Notes: generated from the letters alone by a model not told the origin. A stretch of DNA of 63,724 bases from Nitrosopumilus sp. (GCA_029860565.1 JAOUAY010000001.1:1-63724), one strand, 5' to 3'; positions 20,093-30,707 are shown, counted from the first letter of the stretch. A program made the numbers and translations.

Positions 20093-20572
20093 TTACATTT
20101 CTATCATTGTTAGAATGATACTAGGAACTAAGGGTTCACCCGGTGGTTGAATTGCTTCAATTCCGATGCCTTCCCCAGTTGCTTCAACTGACATCATAAA
20201 ATTTAATGTATCTCCTTCGTTAAGACGAGTAAGGACCTGTAAAACAATGACATCTTTTTGATGATTTTCTTTGAGTGTATATCGGACATTAGAATTTGGG
20301 AGATCTACATTGTTAACTCTTAACCAAAAGTCTATCCAACGAGGTTGGTCACCACTCACTTTGCCAATTTGTGGTCCCGCAATGATGAGATACATTCCAG
20401 TGCGTTTGATTTCGATATCTCCCTCAATAAAATCAATGGTATGTTCTCCTCCAAACATATCTTCTTGATCAGTTAATTTCACCTCTATAGGGTCAGTGGT
20501 ATCTGGTCTTTGCGTGTGACATGAAGAGAACTGACCATATGCTCTTCCAATAACCGCTTCGCCACTCAACAA
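20093..20572 (-). CDS. C1q/TNF/BclA-CTD-like beta-sandwich protein
   Basis: AYGQFS, I.I...G.Y.I, WLRVN..D.P.S, L..GD.L pattern. Confidence 0.55.
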   Translation of the reverse strand: MLSGEAVIGRAYGQFSSCHTQRPDTTDPIEVKLTDQEDMFGGEHTIDFIEGDIEIKRTGMYLIIAGPQIGKVSGDQPRWIDFWLRVNNVDLPNSNVRYTLKENHQKDVIVLQVLTRLNEGDTLNFMMSVEATGEGIGIEAIQPPGEPLVPSIILTMIEM

Positions 20573-21063
20573 TCTTTTAGAAATTTGTGATCTATTAAAC
20601 TTTTAATTCCTTTATTATGCATTTAATAAATTTCTAATTTTAAATGGTTTACCTTAATTATTTTTAGAAGGGGGGTTCAAAATAAAATCAATCTTGGTAC
20701 ATTGTACTCAAGAATCAAACCTAATGTGCATTAAATGAATTATCTAATCCTTTACCTGAAATATCATTAGATAAATATTCAATGAAAATAAAATCCAATA
20801 CAATATCTCTTAATTATCTGAATTGAATAAAAAGTAAGAAATTGGAGAAAATACCATATCTACAATAAAGACATCTTCAAGCATAGGTACCTAATGTATG
20901 GAATTCAATCCCTGTATTAAGGAGTGAAATTCATGCTATCTATCTTTTTAATTTTGAACTAATAGTCAAGAATAAGATATTCTGTTTACAATCATTTACA
21001 ATCAATTAGTTTCTCAGACGTTAATTAGGAATTGTTAAATATTATAATTAACTTATTGTACCT

Positions 21064-21162
21064 ATGAAAGAAAGTAAATGCGCATACTGCGAATCCATAT
21101 TTGAAAATAAAGAAGATCTATCAAAACATATAGATAAAATTCACAATAATAATTTGACGTAA
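21064..21162 (+). CDS. 32-aa single C2H2 zinc-finger microprotein
   Basis: Manual: MKESKCAYCESIFENKEDLSKHIDKIHNNNLT = C-x2-C-x3-F-x5-L-x2-H-x4-H. Confidence 0.7.
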   Translation: MKESKCAYCESIFENKEDLSKHIDKIHNNNLT

Positions 21163-21468
21163 TAAACCTTAAAAATGATTTTACGTATGAATTAAAATTT
21201 CCTATATAGTATTATTCAAAAATAAATTTCTTGAGTTGAAAAAAATTATGATGTATTTCAAGAATATTATCACGGAAGGTTTTGAATATGAAAAATCAAG
21301 TTATCTGGATTCTAAAAAACTAAGAATTATTCTAAATTAGAAATAGTTTGATGTGCTATACTTTACTTGTAAAAATAATCGTAAAATATATGTCAAACCA
21401 ATTCACTATGAAAGGTTATTTTGTAATTACCATCATTACTATATCTAATATTGTGAACAATATGCCAA

Positions 21469-22044
21469 TTGAGAATAAAAGCAGAAACACTGACAATCAC
21501 AAAACAAAAAATCATTAAAAAAACCAAAACCAATAATAAAAAAGCTGCCAGAATACGACGACAAAGAGGATATCAGTGGGAAGATACCATAGTAAAAAGA
21601 TTCAACAGGGTAGAAAAATGGAAGGCATTTAGACTTGGTTCTCCCAGTATTGCATTACCTGATGTGTTGGCAGTAAATAATAAAGATAGTATAATATTTA
21701 CCATAGAGGCAAAATCTGGAACAAGTACATCACTTCCAGTTCCAGCAGATCAAATTGAAAGGTGCCTAACATGGATTAAAACATTTGATATTTACAAGAA
21801 AAAACATGTAATTTTGGCATTCAAATTTCTCTCAAAGAAAAGAATAGGGTTAGGAGAATATGAAAATAGAGAATTACATGAATTTTTTAAGATTTGGGAT
21901 GAATCACTAAAAATTACGGATTGTGTGTGTACTTATGAAGGTAGATTTTTTGCAAAAATAGATGGAACAAGAAAAGAACTTTTTCTCAAAGAATGTTCCA
22001 TGCCATTTAAGACTAAACAGAGAACTAGTGCCCAATTAAATTAA
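21469..22044 (+). CDS. Hjc-like PD-(D/E)xK resolvase/nuclease
   Basis: G...E, PDVLA, IEAK catalytic motif. Confidence 0.75.
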   Translation: MRIKAETLTITKQKIIKKTKTNNKKAARIRRQRGYQWEDTIVKRFNRVEKWKAFRLGSPSIALPDVLAVNNKDSIIFTIEAKSGTSTSLPVPADQIERCLTWIKTFDIYKKKHVILAFKFLSKKRIGLGEYENRELHEFFKIWDESLKITDCVCTYEGRFFAKIDGTRKELFLKECSMPFKTKQRTSAQLN

Positions 22045-22077
22045 ATTTTCAAATCCTTTTTAAGGCTAAGATGCATA

Positions 22078-22536
22078 ATGTCAATAATGCCTGAAGAGAA
22101 CATAGAGATTAAATCAACTAAAAAAAATACAGACTCGTTGTTAGAGACAGTTTCAGATGCAGAAGTTAATTCAAGAATTAGTTTTGAAGAATTTACGGAT
22201 GAAAGAGCGCTTATCAGTCATGATGCTTTTGGGAAAAAACAAATGAAAATCAAAGTATTAGAAGTATCAGATGAAAATCCCGTATTGAAATGGAAATTTG
22301 GAGATCGTGTAAAAGTTACAAAAATTCTTGTCACAGTTAAACATCTTACAACACAGCAAGTTGAAGAAGCTGAGTTCGACATAGAATCAATTGAACGAGA
22401 ATTGGCTGAAAAAAGACATTATTCTTCAACAAACAGATGGATTCCTGCTGAGGATATAAAAAATGGATATGTCGTAGGTTCAAAACATACTAGATTAATC
22501 AGTGATGCTTCAGCACTAGATTACATAATATTTTAA
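22078..22536 (+). CDS. Hypothetical protein
   Basis: 152-aa ORF. Confidence 0.7.
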   Translation: MSIMPEENIEIKSTKKNTDSLLETVSDAEVNSRISFEEFTDERALISHDAFGKKQMKIKVLEVSDENPVLKWKFGDRVKVTKILVTVKHLTTQQVEEAEFDIESIERELAEKRHYSSTNRWIPAEDIKNGYVVGSKHTRLISDASALDYIIF

Positions 22537-22594
22537 ACATAAATTATATTCAACATCATTATTTTGACCTAAAAAACATTATAAACAAAAGAAT

Positions 22595-22918
22595 TTGAAA
22601 TCGTGTATGAGTTCAAAAGAATTTGACGTGAATGGTACTGATTACAAAATAGTGATAACAGAGCAAGTAATTGCCCATGTCAATAATCTCAAGGAACTCT
22701 ATAATGCAGCATATGAAGATCCTGAAAGTTTTGAGGATGTTAGTTCTGAAATATCCGATACAATTAAAGAAATTGCAAGTACTGTAGAGCCAGATGCAGA
22801 AGATAGTGATTTAGACGGTATTATTCAAGTGATCATCAAAACAGTAGATGCCAAGGCTGATGAAATCAAAAAAGAATTGGAAGGAAGACCTGCAAAAAAA
22901 ATAAAATCTAAAAAATAG
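22595..22918 (+). CDS. Acidic hypothetical protein
   Basis: 107-aa ORF. Confidence 0.7.
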   Translation: MKSCMSSKEFDVNGTDYKIVITEQVIAHVNNLKELYNAAYEDPESFEDVSSEISDTIKEIASTVEPDAEDSDLDGIIQVIIKTVDAKADEIKKELEGRPAKKIKSKK

Positions 22919-22987
22919 TTCCATTTTGACCTTAAACTCATAAAAAATCATGGGATAAATTATATTCTAATTGAAATAATCAATAAC

Positions 22988-23104
22988 ATGTCAAAAAGCT
23001 GTGAATGTGGTATTTGTGATCATCATAGTGAATCAGAATGTGTTCAAAAAGAATGCAAATGTTGTCTAAATTTCCACGAAAGATCAGGACCTAAACGAAA
23101 ATAG
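22988..23104 (+). CDS. 38-aa Cys/His-rich (metallothionein-like) microprotein
   Basis: Manual: MSKSCECGICDHHSESECVQKECKCCLNFHERSGPKRK. Confidence 0.65.
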   Translation: MSKSCECGICDHHSESECVQKECKCCLNFHERSGPKRK

Positions 23105-23118
23105 TTATTTTTTAAAAA

Positions 23119-23226
23119 TTAACTATCATTCTCATAGCATCCACATTTCTTTGAGATATGTCTTGAGCATCCAAATAACCTATGATCTACACATCCACAT
23201 AATACACATTTTTTTCCATTAGTCAT
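23119..23226 (-). CDS. 35-aa Cys-rich microprotein
   Basis: Manual: MTNGKKCVLCGCVDHRLFGCSRHISKKCGCYENDS; ATGA overlap with the upstream gene. Confidence 0.65.
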   Translation of the reverse strand: MTNGKKCVLCGCVDHRLFGCSRHISKKCGCYENDS

Positions 23227-23606
23227 AACTTTTCAATTAAATCCCCTATACTCTCAATCATTTTCTTATCTTCTAATGCTTCGATAATTTTTAATCTCAT
23301 ATTTTTTACTCTATCAATATCATTAGAGTATAAAGGAGCCATGGTTTCAATTTCTTTCTCAAAAAAATAATTTTCTAAATATTGACTAAATTTTGATTGT
23401 AATATTTTAAAATCATTCAAAGGAATTTTTTTTTGATCAATATTGTTTGTTACAACTTTGATGAATCCATTAATTTTTAGCATTTCTTTGTTAATATTAT
23501 CAAGATCTCCAGGTTTATCCTGAATTCTTTTAAGAATATTGTAAGAATCAAGTGTTTGAGAAAGTATTTTTTTTAGATACTCATTATATGAAATCATAAT
23601 TACCAT
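23223..23606 (-). CDS. Hypothetical protein
   Basis: 127-aa ORF. Confidence 0.7.
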   Translation of the reverse strand: MVIMISYNEYLKKILSQTLDSYNILKRIQDKPGDLDNINKEMLKINGFIKVVTNNIDQKKIPLNDFKILQSKFSQYLENYFFEKEIETMAPLYSNDIDRVKNMRLKIIEALEDKKMIESIGDLIEKL

Positions 23607-23754
23607 TATGATACATCTAATCTAAAGGTTAAGAAAAAATACCAAAATTAGATTAATTAAAGAAATTTTAATTTTTTTAAGATTTAAAAAACGACTTAAC
23701 ATGTATGAAATTTACACATTTGCTTTAAATTATCATTGATTATTTGTAATTACG

Positions 23755-25092
23755 ATGCAAGGTGATGCCTATCTCAAGTGTATTAACCCACAATGTGGTT
23801 TAAAATATTCAATTGAGAGTCCAAATGTACAATGTGAAAAAGGCCACATGCTAGATGTAAAATACAAAAACAAACCATCAGTTAATCTAAAAGAAATTTT
23901 TTACAAAAGACGAAATTCCGAAGGAAGTATTTTCAATGAAAGTGGAGTTTGGAGATTTCGTGAATTATTAAATTTTTGTCAGATTGATACTGAAAACATT
24001 GAAGAATGTTCAAGATATTTAGTATCACTTGATGGGGCAGAGGGAAGACAATCAAAACCATACCGTATGTCAAAAGCTGCAGAATTCATCAATATTTCAA
24101 ATGACAATTTATGGTTACAGCCTGAAGGATATAATCCAAGTGGCTCATTCAAAGATAACGGAATGGCAACAGCTGTAACTCATGCAAAAATGATAGGGGC
24201 AAAAAAAATTGTTTGTGCATCAACTGGTAACACATCAGCGTCGGCTGGAATGTTTGCAGCAAATGAGGGGATTAATTGTGATGTGTATATTCCTGCAGGA
24301 CAAATAGCACCTGGAAAACTAAGTCAAGCATATCAATTTGGGGCTCAAATTGTAGAAGTGGATGGAAATTTTGATGATGCGTTAAAAGAATCACTGGATG
24401 ATGCAAAAAATCATGATGGTTATACGGTGAACTCTATCAACCCATTTAGGATAGAAGGACAAAAAACAATTCCTTTTAGAGCATTAGAATATCTAAATTG
24501 GGAATCTCCAGATTGGATTATTTATCCAGGAGGAGCATTGGGAAATACATCAAGTTGCGGTAAAGCATTAATGGAATTATATGAATGGGGATGGATTAAA
24601 AAAATTCCAAGAATTGCAGTAATTAATTCTGAAGGTGCAAGTACATTATCTGATTTGTATAATGGGAAATTTGAAGGCGAAAAACTTAGATGGAATAAAG
24701 GAAATCCTAACACAGAATTAATTTCCAGGTACTATGATCATTTAGATAAAGAAGGATTAAAGCCAAAAACTAAAGCAACTGCAATTCAAATTGGTAGACC
24801 TGCAAATATATTGAAAGGTTTACGTGCACTAGAATTTACAAATGGTGTTGTAACGACAGTTTCAGATTCTGAAATGTTGGATGGAATGTCAGTTGTTGGC
24901 CTTAATGGATTTGATTGTGAGATGGCATCAGGTGCATCAGTTGTAGGAATAAAGAAGTTAATCAGTGAAGAGATCATAAAAAAAGATGACGTTGTCATTG
25001 GAATTCTCACAGGTAGACAAAAAGATGCAATGCTACCAGTAGATTATCACAATAATCCTGAAAATAAATTTGCAATTCCACCAAAAAATTAG
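23755..25092 (+). CDS. thrC: Threonine synthase
   Basis: NPSGSFKD PLP lysine, CASTGNTSAS, NSINPFRIEGQKT. Confidence 0.92.
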   Translation: MQGDAYLKCINPQCGLKYSIESPNVQCEKGHMLDVKYKNKPSVNLKEIFYKRRNSEGSIFNESGVWRFRELLNFCQIDTENIEECSRYLVSLDGAEGRQSKPYRMSKAAEFINISNDNLWLQPEGYNPSGSFKDNGMATAVTHAKMIGAKKIVCASTGNTSASAGMFAANEGINCDVYIPAGQIAPGKLSQAYQFGAQIVEVDGNFDDALKESLDDAKNHDGYTVNSINPFRIEGQKTIPFRALEYLNWESPDWIIYPGGALGNTSSCGKALMELYEWGWIKKIPRIAVINSEGASTLSDLYNGKFEGEKLRWNKGNPNTELISRYYDHLDKEGLKPKTKATAIQIGRPANILKGLRALEFTNGVVTTVSDSEMLDGMSVVGLNGFDCEMASGASVVGIKKLISEEIIKKDDVVIGILTGRQKDAMLPVDYHNNPENKFAIPPKN

Positions 25093-25242
25093 CCTCGTCT
25101 TTTAGGTACAGATTATTAAGAATGTATATAGTCATCTCAAACCTTAAATCAATGTTTTAGCAAACAAGTACAACCAAAAGATGGTGCAAAAAAAATAAAT
25201 GAACAATAGACAAAGTTCTGAAAAAAATTCTGGGAGAACCCT

Positions 25243-26496
25243 ATGGTAGATTTGTGGATTGAAATTTCAACATTAGTTGTTCTTATCGGATTATCGGGAT
25301 TTTTTAGTGGATTAGAAGTTGCTCTTGTGGGAATAAGAAAATCAAAAGTAATCCAACTATTCAATGAAGGAAGGAAAGGTTCTAAAGCACTTCATAAATT
25401 AAAAATGAATCCAAGCTGGATGATGTCTAGTGTAAATCTTGGCAATAATCTAGTAAATGTTGGAGCATCTGCACTTGCTACTAGTTTAGCAATTAGATTA
25501 TTTGGTGATGATGGATTAGGAATTGCAGTTGGAATCATGACATTTTTGATTCTAGTGTTTGGTGAAATCACCCCAAAGACTTACTGTAATGCAAACTCCA
25601 CTAAAATTGCATTAAAATACGCACCAGTGTTACTTGTATTTAGTTATGTATTTTATCCAATTGTAAAATTCTTTGAAATAATTACTAGGGGAGTTGTAAA
25701 AATGACTGGAAGTAGCCAAACACCACCTCCAATCACAGAAGAGGAAATCAAAGGAGTGATTGATCAAGGATTGGAAGAAAAAGCAATTGAAAAAGATGAG
25801 ATGGAATTGGTTCACGGCGCTCTAAAATTCGATGATACGGTAATTCGCTCTGTAATGACTCCAAGAACAAAGATGTTTTCATTAAATTCAAAAATGTTAC
25901 TTTTTGAAGCACTGCCACAGATTAATCAAAGCGGTCATTCAAGGATTCCAATTTATGGGAGTTCAGGTGACGATATTGTCGGATTCATCCATGTTAGAGA
26001 TGTTCTCAAAGAATTAGAGAGGGATAATAAAATGGTGAGTCTTGAACAAATAGCAAGAAAACCTGTTTTTGCATCTCAAGAAAAAATGGTCAGTGCATTG
26101 CTAAAAGAAATGAAAGGCAGGAAAACACACATGGCAATTGTGGTTGATGAGCATGGAGGTGTTGAAGGTCTTGTCACTCTGGAAGATTTACTTGAAGAAA
26201 TAGTAGGTGAAATTGAAGATGAAACAGATTTAACAAGACAGGCAGGATATGAAAAAATTGATCAAAATACAATTATCACTAATGGGGATATTGAAATTGA
26301 CACTATCAATGAGATTTTTAAAACTAAAGTTCCTGAAGGGGATGATTATGCATCCCTTAATGGATTACTACATGAAAGACTACAAGACATACCGCAAGAA
26401 GGAGATAAAGTGGAAATTGAAGACTTGCGAATAATCGTAGAAAAAGTTTTAAAAAACTTTCCTAAAAAAATCAGAATCGAGAAAATTAAAAATTAA
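25243..26496 (+). CDS. HlyC/CorC (CNNM/DUF21-CBS-CorC) transporter family protein
   Basis: SGFFSGLE, FGEITPK, VMTPR, HSRIPI, VDEHGG..GLVTLED. Confidence 0.92.
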   Translation: MVDLWIEISTLVVLIGLSGFFSGLEVALVGIRKSKVIQLFNEGRKGSKALHKLKMNPSWMMSSVNLGNNLVNVGASALATSLAIRLFGDDGLGIAVGIMTFLILVFGEITPKTYCNANSTKIALKYAPVLLVFSYVFYPIVKFFEIITRGVVKMTGSSQTPPPITEEEIKGVIDQGLEEKAIEKDEMELVHGALKFDDTVIRSVMTPRTKMFSLNSKMLLFEALPQINQSGHSRIPIYGSSGDDIVGFIHVRDVLKELERDNKMVSLEQIARKPVFASQEKMVSALLKEMKGRKTHMAIVVDEHGGVEGLVTLEDLLEEIVGEIEDETDLTRQAGYEKIDQNTIITNGDIEIDTINEIFKTKVPEGDDYASLNGLLHERLQDIPQEGDKVEIEDLRIIVEKVLKNFPKKIRIEKIKN

Positions 26497-27545
26497 TCTT
26501 TTTTAGCAAAATGCTCTTGTAATTTTTGCTTTTTTTCATTCATATGGAATATTGATTCTGTGTGGGTAAATGCTTCATGGTATGATTTTCCAAATAACAT
26601 CGCTTGCATCAACATGTGGTTTTCAGGAATTACAATTCCAGTCTGATCATCAGAATACATCATTTGTACAGTGTCACCAATGGATACGGTCATGTTTGCG
26701 TGGATGTGTATCATGTTGGTATCCGTAAAATTAAAGCCCATATTTTGAGCATAATCTCTAACATCTTTTGTTCCCTTTGCAGTCCATAGTGTAGCAACAC
26801 CAAATTCATTTGTAAATATATCATGAATTTCAGAAGGTTTTGGTGCGGTATTCTTGAATCGGATATCCATAATATGTAAGTGCATTTGTCTTGTAGGAAC
26901 TTTAATTGCACGAACATAAAGTGGCGCATCTTTTCCAAAATAAAGTTTAACATCATCACCATGATGTGGTTTTTCAGTCATTTCTATGGTGTCTGAAAGT
27001 TTTTTTTCAGTTTGCTCAATGTCTGCCCATCGCCTAACAAGTGTTACATCAAATCGAACTAATTGATCACCAAATTTATCGCGTAAAGGTTCAAGAATTC
27101 GTCCCATTCCAGTAACATTACAACTACCTTGCATAACATGATGTTTGCCTAATGCTTGATCATAATTAGCTCTAGAATTAAACAGTAAATCTGAAACTGT
27201 TTCATCTCCAATTGTAGATTCTCCACCTTGATAAATTGCAGAGATATTTTTTGGCTCATAAAGATTTTTTTTATTTTTATAACCATGTCCACCAGGAGCT
27301 GCATCGATTACTAAATCACATTCATCTAGTGCAGATTCCAAGGTTCCAGTAATTTTAAAATTGGAGAAATCGCCCATCTTTTTTTCAGGAACATATACAT
27401 CGAGACCTTTTGAAATTGCCTCTTCTACTTTAACATCAGGAGAATACTTTCCAATTCCAATAACCTGGATTTCTGGATCATCTTTTAAAAAAGAAACAAT
27501 TCTGCTGCCAATAGAACCATATCCGTTGACAAAAACTTTCTTCAT
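26493..27545 (-). CDS. gap: Type II (archaeal) glyceraldehyde-3-phosphate dehydrogenase
   Basis: VNGYGSIG, QGGE, SCNVTG catalytic Cys, VIPEN. Confidence 0.9.
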   Translation of the reverse strand: MKKVFVNGYGSIGSRIVSFLKDDPEIQVIGIGKYSPDVKVEEAISKGLDVYVPEKKMGDFSNFKITGTLESALDECDLVIDAAPGGHGYKNKKNLYEPKNISAIYQGGESTIGDETVSDLLFNSRANYDQALGKHHVMQGSCNVTGMGRILEPLRDKFGDQLVRFDVTLVRRWADIEQTEKKLSDTIEMTEKPHHGDDVKLYFGKDAPLYVRAIKVPTRQMHLHIMDIRFKNTAPKPSEIHDIFTNEFGVATLWTAKGTKDVRDYAQNMGFNFTDTNMIHIHANMTVSIGDTVQMMYSDDQTGIVIPENHMLMQAMLFGKSYHEAFTHTESIFHMNEKKQKLQEHFAKKD

Positions 27546-27876
27546 GATTTTGATATATTTGACCCATTTATTTAGGTTCTAAACCTTCATAGATCTCAAT
27601 AATTTGAAGTGTATCTAATTAAAAAAATACCACGCACATCTTAAACAGGAAATCTATCATTTTAATACAGAAATTATAAAATATAAATATTGTAAAGAAG
27701 ATTTTGGAAAATATACAAAATTTTAGTCAATTAAATGCTATAAAGATCATATTAATAATTTAAAAATAATCGAGTCTAGACAATTAAGAACTCTTTGAAT
27801 TTTTAATTTCAAATATGGGATTTTTATCAAATTTTAAAAAAACATTCAGTCTACAAAAAGAGAAAAAATCGCCCAG

Positions 27877-28119
27877 ATGAACGGCAAACATCTCAAAGAA
27901 CTATTAAAAAAATTCAAAGAAGAACGAGACAGAGTAGAAAAAGAGACAGGTAGCAGGCCACAGATTGATCAAAGTACACAAATGTTTATGCAAAAAGTTC
28001 TGAACTTATGGATTAGTAAAGGTAGGAATATTGATGAAGAGAGATTTTGGAGAGAAGTTGATCACAATAGGCAATTTCCACATCCAGTGAAGTACTATGA
28101 AATTAATCGAGGAATTTAA
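27877..28119 (+). CDS. Hypothetical protein
   Basis: 80-aa ORF. Confidence 0.6.
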   Translation: MNGKHLKELLKKFKEERDRVEKETGSRPQIDQSTQMFMQKVLNLWISKGRNIDEERFWREVDHNRQFPHPVKYYEINRGI

Positions 28120-28235
28120 AAAATATTAAAATTCAATAATTATTTTAATGATCATATTAAAAAAAATGAAAATGAATTTCCATGAATAACATATAATCAC
28201 AAAAGACTAAATGTACTAAAAAAAATTACAAATCA

Positions 28236-28940
28236 TTGATACACGGTCCGTCTCTTGCAATAGGTGCGGGAATTGCATCAATTGTAATAATTATTGCATT
28301 TGTTGGATTTGAGGGTATTTCAAACCAATCAGAACTTGTAATAGAACCAGCCCCAACAATTCAACAAGTAGGGCCACCAAAGATTACAATAGAGACATTC
28401 TTAGCTAACGGTTCACCAGTTCTTGGAAAATCAGATGCCCCAATTACATTAATTGAATTTGGAGACTATCAGTGTCATTTTTGCAATGTTTTCTTTCATT
28501 CAACAGAAGAGGATATTTTAAAAAATTATGTTGAAACAGGAAAAGTCAAAATGATTTTCAAAGATTATAACATAATTGGTCCTGATTCTATTAATGCCTC
28601 CCATGGAGCTCATTGTGCAAATGATCAAGGGTCATTTTGGGAATATCATGATATTTTGTATTCAAACTGGACTGGTGAGAATAATGGATGGGCATCATCA
28701 GAAAATCTAGGAAAATTTGCCCAAGAAATTGGGTTAGACATGGATATATGGTCTGAATGTATGGTAAAGGCACTACACTCACAGACAATCCTTGCAAGTA
28801 ACAAAGATGCAAAAAATTTAGAATTAACGGGAACCCCAGCATTTTTTGTGATTGGACCAGATGGTAAAACAACGAAACTTTTTGGAGCACAGCCTTTTGA
28901 AACATTTAAAAATATATTTGAAAATGAATTAGAAAAATAA
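28236..28940 (+). CDS. DsbA-family thiol-disulfide oxidoreductase, membrane anchored
   Basis: EFGDYQCHFC, GTPAFF, GAQP. Confidence 0.9.
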   Translation: MIHGPSLAIGAGIASIVIIIAFVGFEGISNQSELVIEPAPTIQQVGPPKITIETFLANGSPVLGKSDAPITLIEFGDYQCHFCNVFFHSTEEDILKNYVETGKVKMIFKDYNIIGPDSINASHGAHCANDQGSFWEYHDILYSNWTGENNGWASSENLGKFAQEIGLDMDIWSECMVKALHSQTILASNKDAKNLELTGTPAFFVIGPDGKTTKLFGAQPFETFKNIFENELEK

Positions 28941-29052
28941 GAAAATGCGATCAAATAATTATTGACTTGTCAGAAAAAAATATAAAAATTCCCTTCCCAG
29001 TTACATAGAATTAACCCCATATCCTTATTAATGAATTTCAGAGAGCAAGCTT

Positions 29053-30447
29053 ATGGCAGCTGGAATAGATGATATTGAAATATACATTCCACGATTGTAT
29101 ATTGATGCATCTGATTTTGCAATTAACAGGGGATTAGATCCAGTAAAATTACAAAAAGGTTTAGGGGTTTCTCAAATGGCAATGGTTGATGCCAATCAAG
29201 ACCCAGCATGTCTAGCGGCAAATGCATGTTTGCAAATTATGCAAAAAAATAAACTTTCCCCAGAAGATATTGGAAGATTATACATTTCAACTGAATCAGC
29301 ATTTGATGAATCAAAGGCAATGAACTCCTATGTGGTGGGAATGCTAGAGCAGGTTTATGGTCAAGGCGCATTTGAACATTGTGGAGGAGTAGAAACTAAA
29401 TTTGCCTGTGTAAGTGGCTCTTATGCTCTTTATGATAATACAAACTGGATTAGAGCAGGTGAAGCAGAAGGAAAACATGCACTTGTTGTAGTTTCAGATA
29501 TTGCAAAGTATGACTTGGGTTCTAGTGGAGAAATGACCCAAGGGGCAGGAGCAGTAGTTATGCTTCTCAATGATAAACCAAGACTATTAGCATTTGATCC
29601 TAAAGTTACAGCCACATCAATTAAAGATGAATATGACTTTTACAGGCCTTTTGGAAAAGAAACCCCTATTGTTCATGGACAGTATTCTAATTTGCTTTAC
29701 ATGATTCAAGTAAAAAAAGCACTTGAATCATACAAGAAAAAAGTAATTTCATCTGGACTAATCAAGATAAAGACAAATGAAACAATTTTGGATCATATGG
29801 ATTACATCAACATGCACTTACCATACAGCAATATGGGAAAGAAAGCACTAGCGTATCTAGTTAGACATGAGTGGCGACAACTTCCACGATGGAAAAAAAT
29901 ATTACAAGACATAGAAATGGATGAACCAATACCTAAAGACCCACGTGGAACAATTGAATCTGTATTAGGTGATGAAGAATTTATGGCAAAAGATCATGAA
30001 TTTACCAAACTATTTACTAGAACTCAAGAATATCAAGAAATTTATGAATCAAAGCTAGCAAGTTCGATTGTTGCATCAACTATGATTGGTAATTTGTATA
30101 CGGCATCATTATACCTTGGATTTAGAAGTAGTTTAGAATTTGAATACAAAAAAGGAATTGATCTAGAAGGAAAAAGAATAGGATTTGGATCTTATGGTAG
30201 TGGAAGTAGTGCAATGGTATTCAGCGGAGTTGTACAGCCAGAATACGAAGAAATTGTGAATAAGATGAACCTAGAAGTAGAAATCGGCAATAGAAAAAGA
30301 CTGACGTGGGAAGAATATGAAGAATTACATGAAAATAAACTATCACCAGAAGAATCAATGGTTAATTCAAAGAAAGAATTCGTTTTAGTTGATGTACAAA
30401 CTGGAAAAGAAAATAGAGGTGAAAGACGTTACGTCTACAACGACTAA
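29053..30447 (+). CDS. Hydroxymethylglutaryl-CoA synthase
   Basis: TES..D.SK, KFACVSG, SDIAKY, GEMTQGAGA, HLPY, GNLYTAS, YGSG. Confidence 0.92.
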   Translation: MAAGIDDIEIYIPRLYIDASDFAINRGLDPVKLQKGLGVSQMAMVDANQDPACLAANACLQIMQKNKLSPEDIGRLYISTESAFDESKAMNSYVVGMLEQVYGQGAFEHCGGVETKFACVSGSYALYDNTNWIRAGEAEGKHALVVVSDIAKYDLGSSGEMTQGAGAVVMLLNDKPRLLAFDPKVTATSIKDEYDFYRPFGKETPIVHGQYSNLLYMIQVKKALESYKKKVISSGLIKIKTNETILDHMDYINMHLPYSNMGKKALAYLVRHEWRQLPRWKKILQDIEMDEPIPKDPRGTIESVLGDEEFMAKDHEFTKLFTRTQEYQEIYESKLASSIVASTMIGNLYTASLYLGFRSSLEFEYKKGIDLEGKRIGFGSYGSGSSAMVFSGVVQPEYEEIVNKMNLEVEIGNRKRLTWEEYEELHENKLSPEESMVNSKKEFVLVDVQTGKENRGERRYVYND

Positions 30448-30500
30448 TTAATCATATAATTAATTATAATTTGTAAATTAAATAACATAGATTTTGTTAA

Positions 30501-30632
30501 TCATTCATTGAAATTTTTTACTCTGCATTTACGACAGTATGTAGCAAATAAATTTGCACTAGGATCATATTTTACATTAAAATCAGATTCATCAGTACAA
30601 AGCCTAATCTCATCTTTTACGATGTGTATCAT
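30501..30632 (-). CDS. 43-aa hypothetical microprotein (CxxC near C-terminus)
   Basis: Manual: MIHIVKDEIRLCTDESDFNVKYDPSANLFATYCRKCRVKNFNE. Confidence 0.4.
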   Translation of the reverse strand: MIHIVKDEIRLCTDESDFNVKYDPSANLFATYCRKCRVKNFNE

Positions 30633-30707
30633 ATTATCGGCTAAAATAAAATAAGTCTCAGATTTTTTATCGGTCATAATTTCTTATACATTGAAAGGTA
30701 CCATGAA

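Noticed and set aside
21326-21346. TTCTAAATTAGAAATAG resembling a spacer-less 28-bp palindrome
   Set aside because: Short and AT-only, so likely chance in this composition
21469-22044. Resolvase as the mobility gene of the signalling island
   Set aside because: It is an Hjc-like PD-(D/E)xK nuclease, not a serine or tyrosine recombinase, and looks like a core gene
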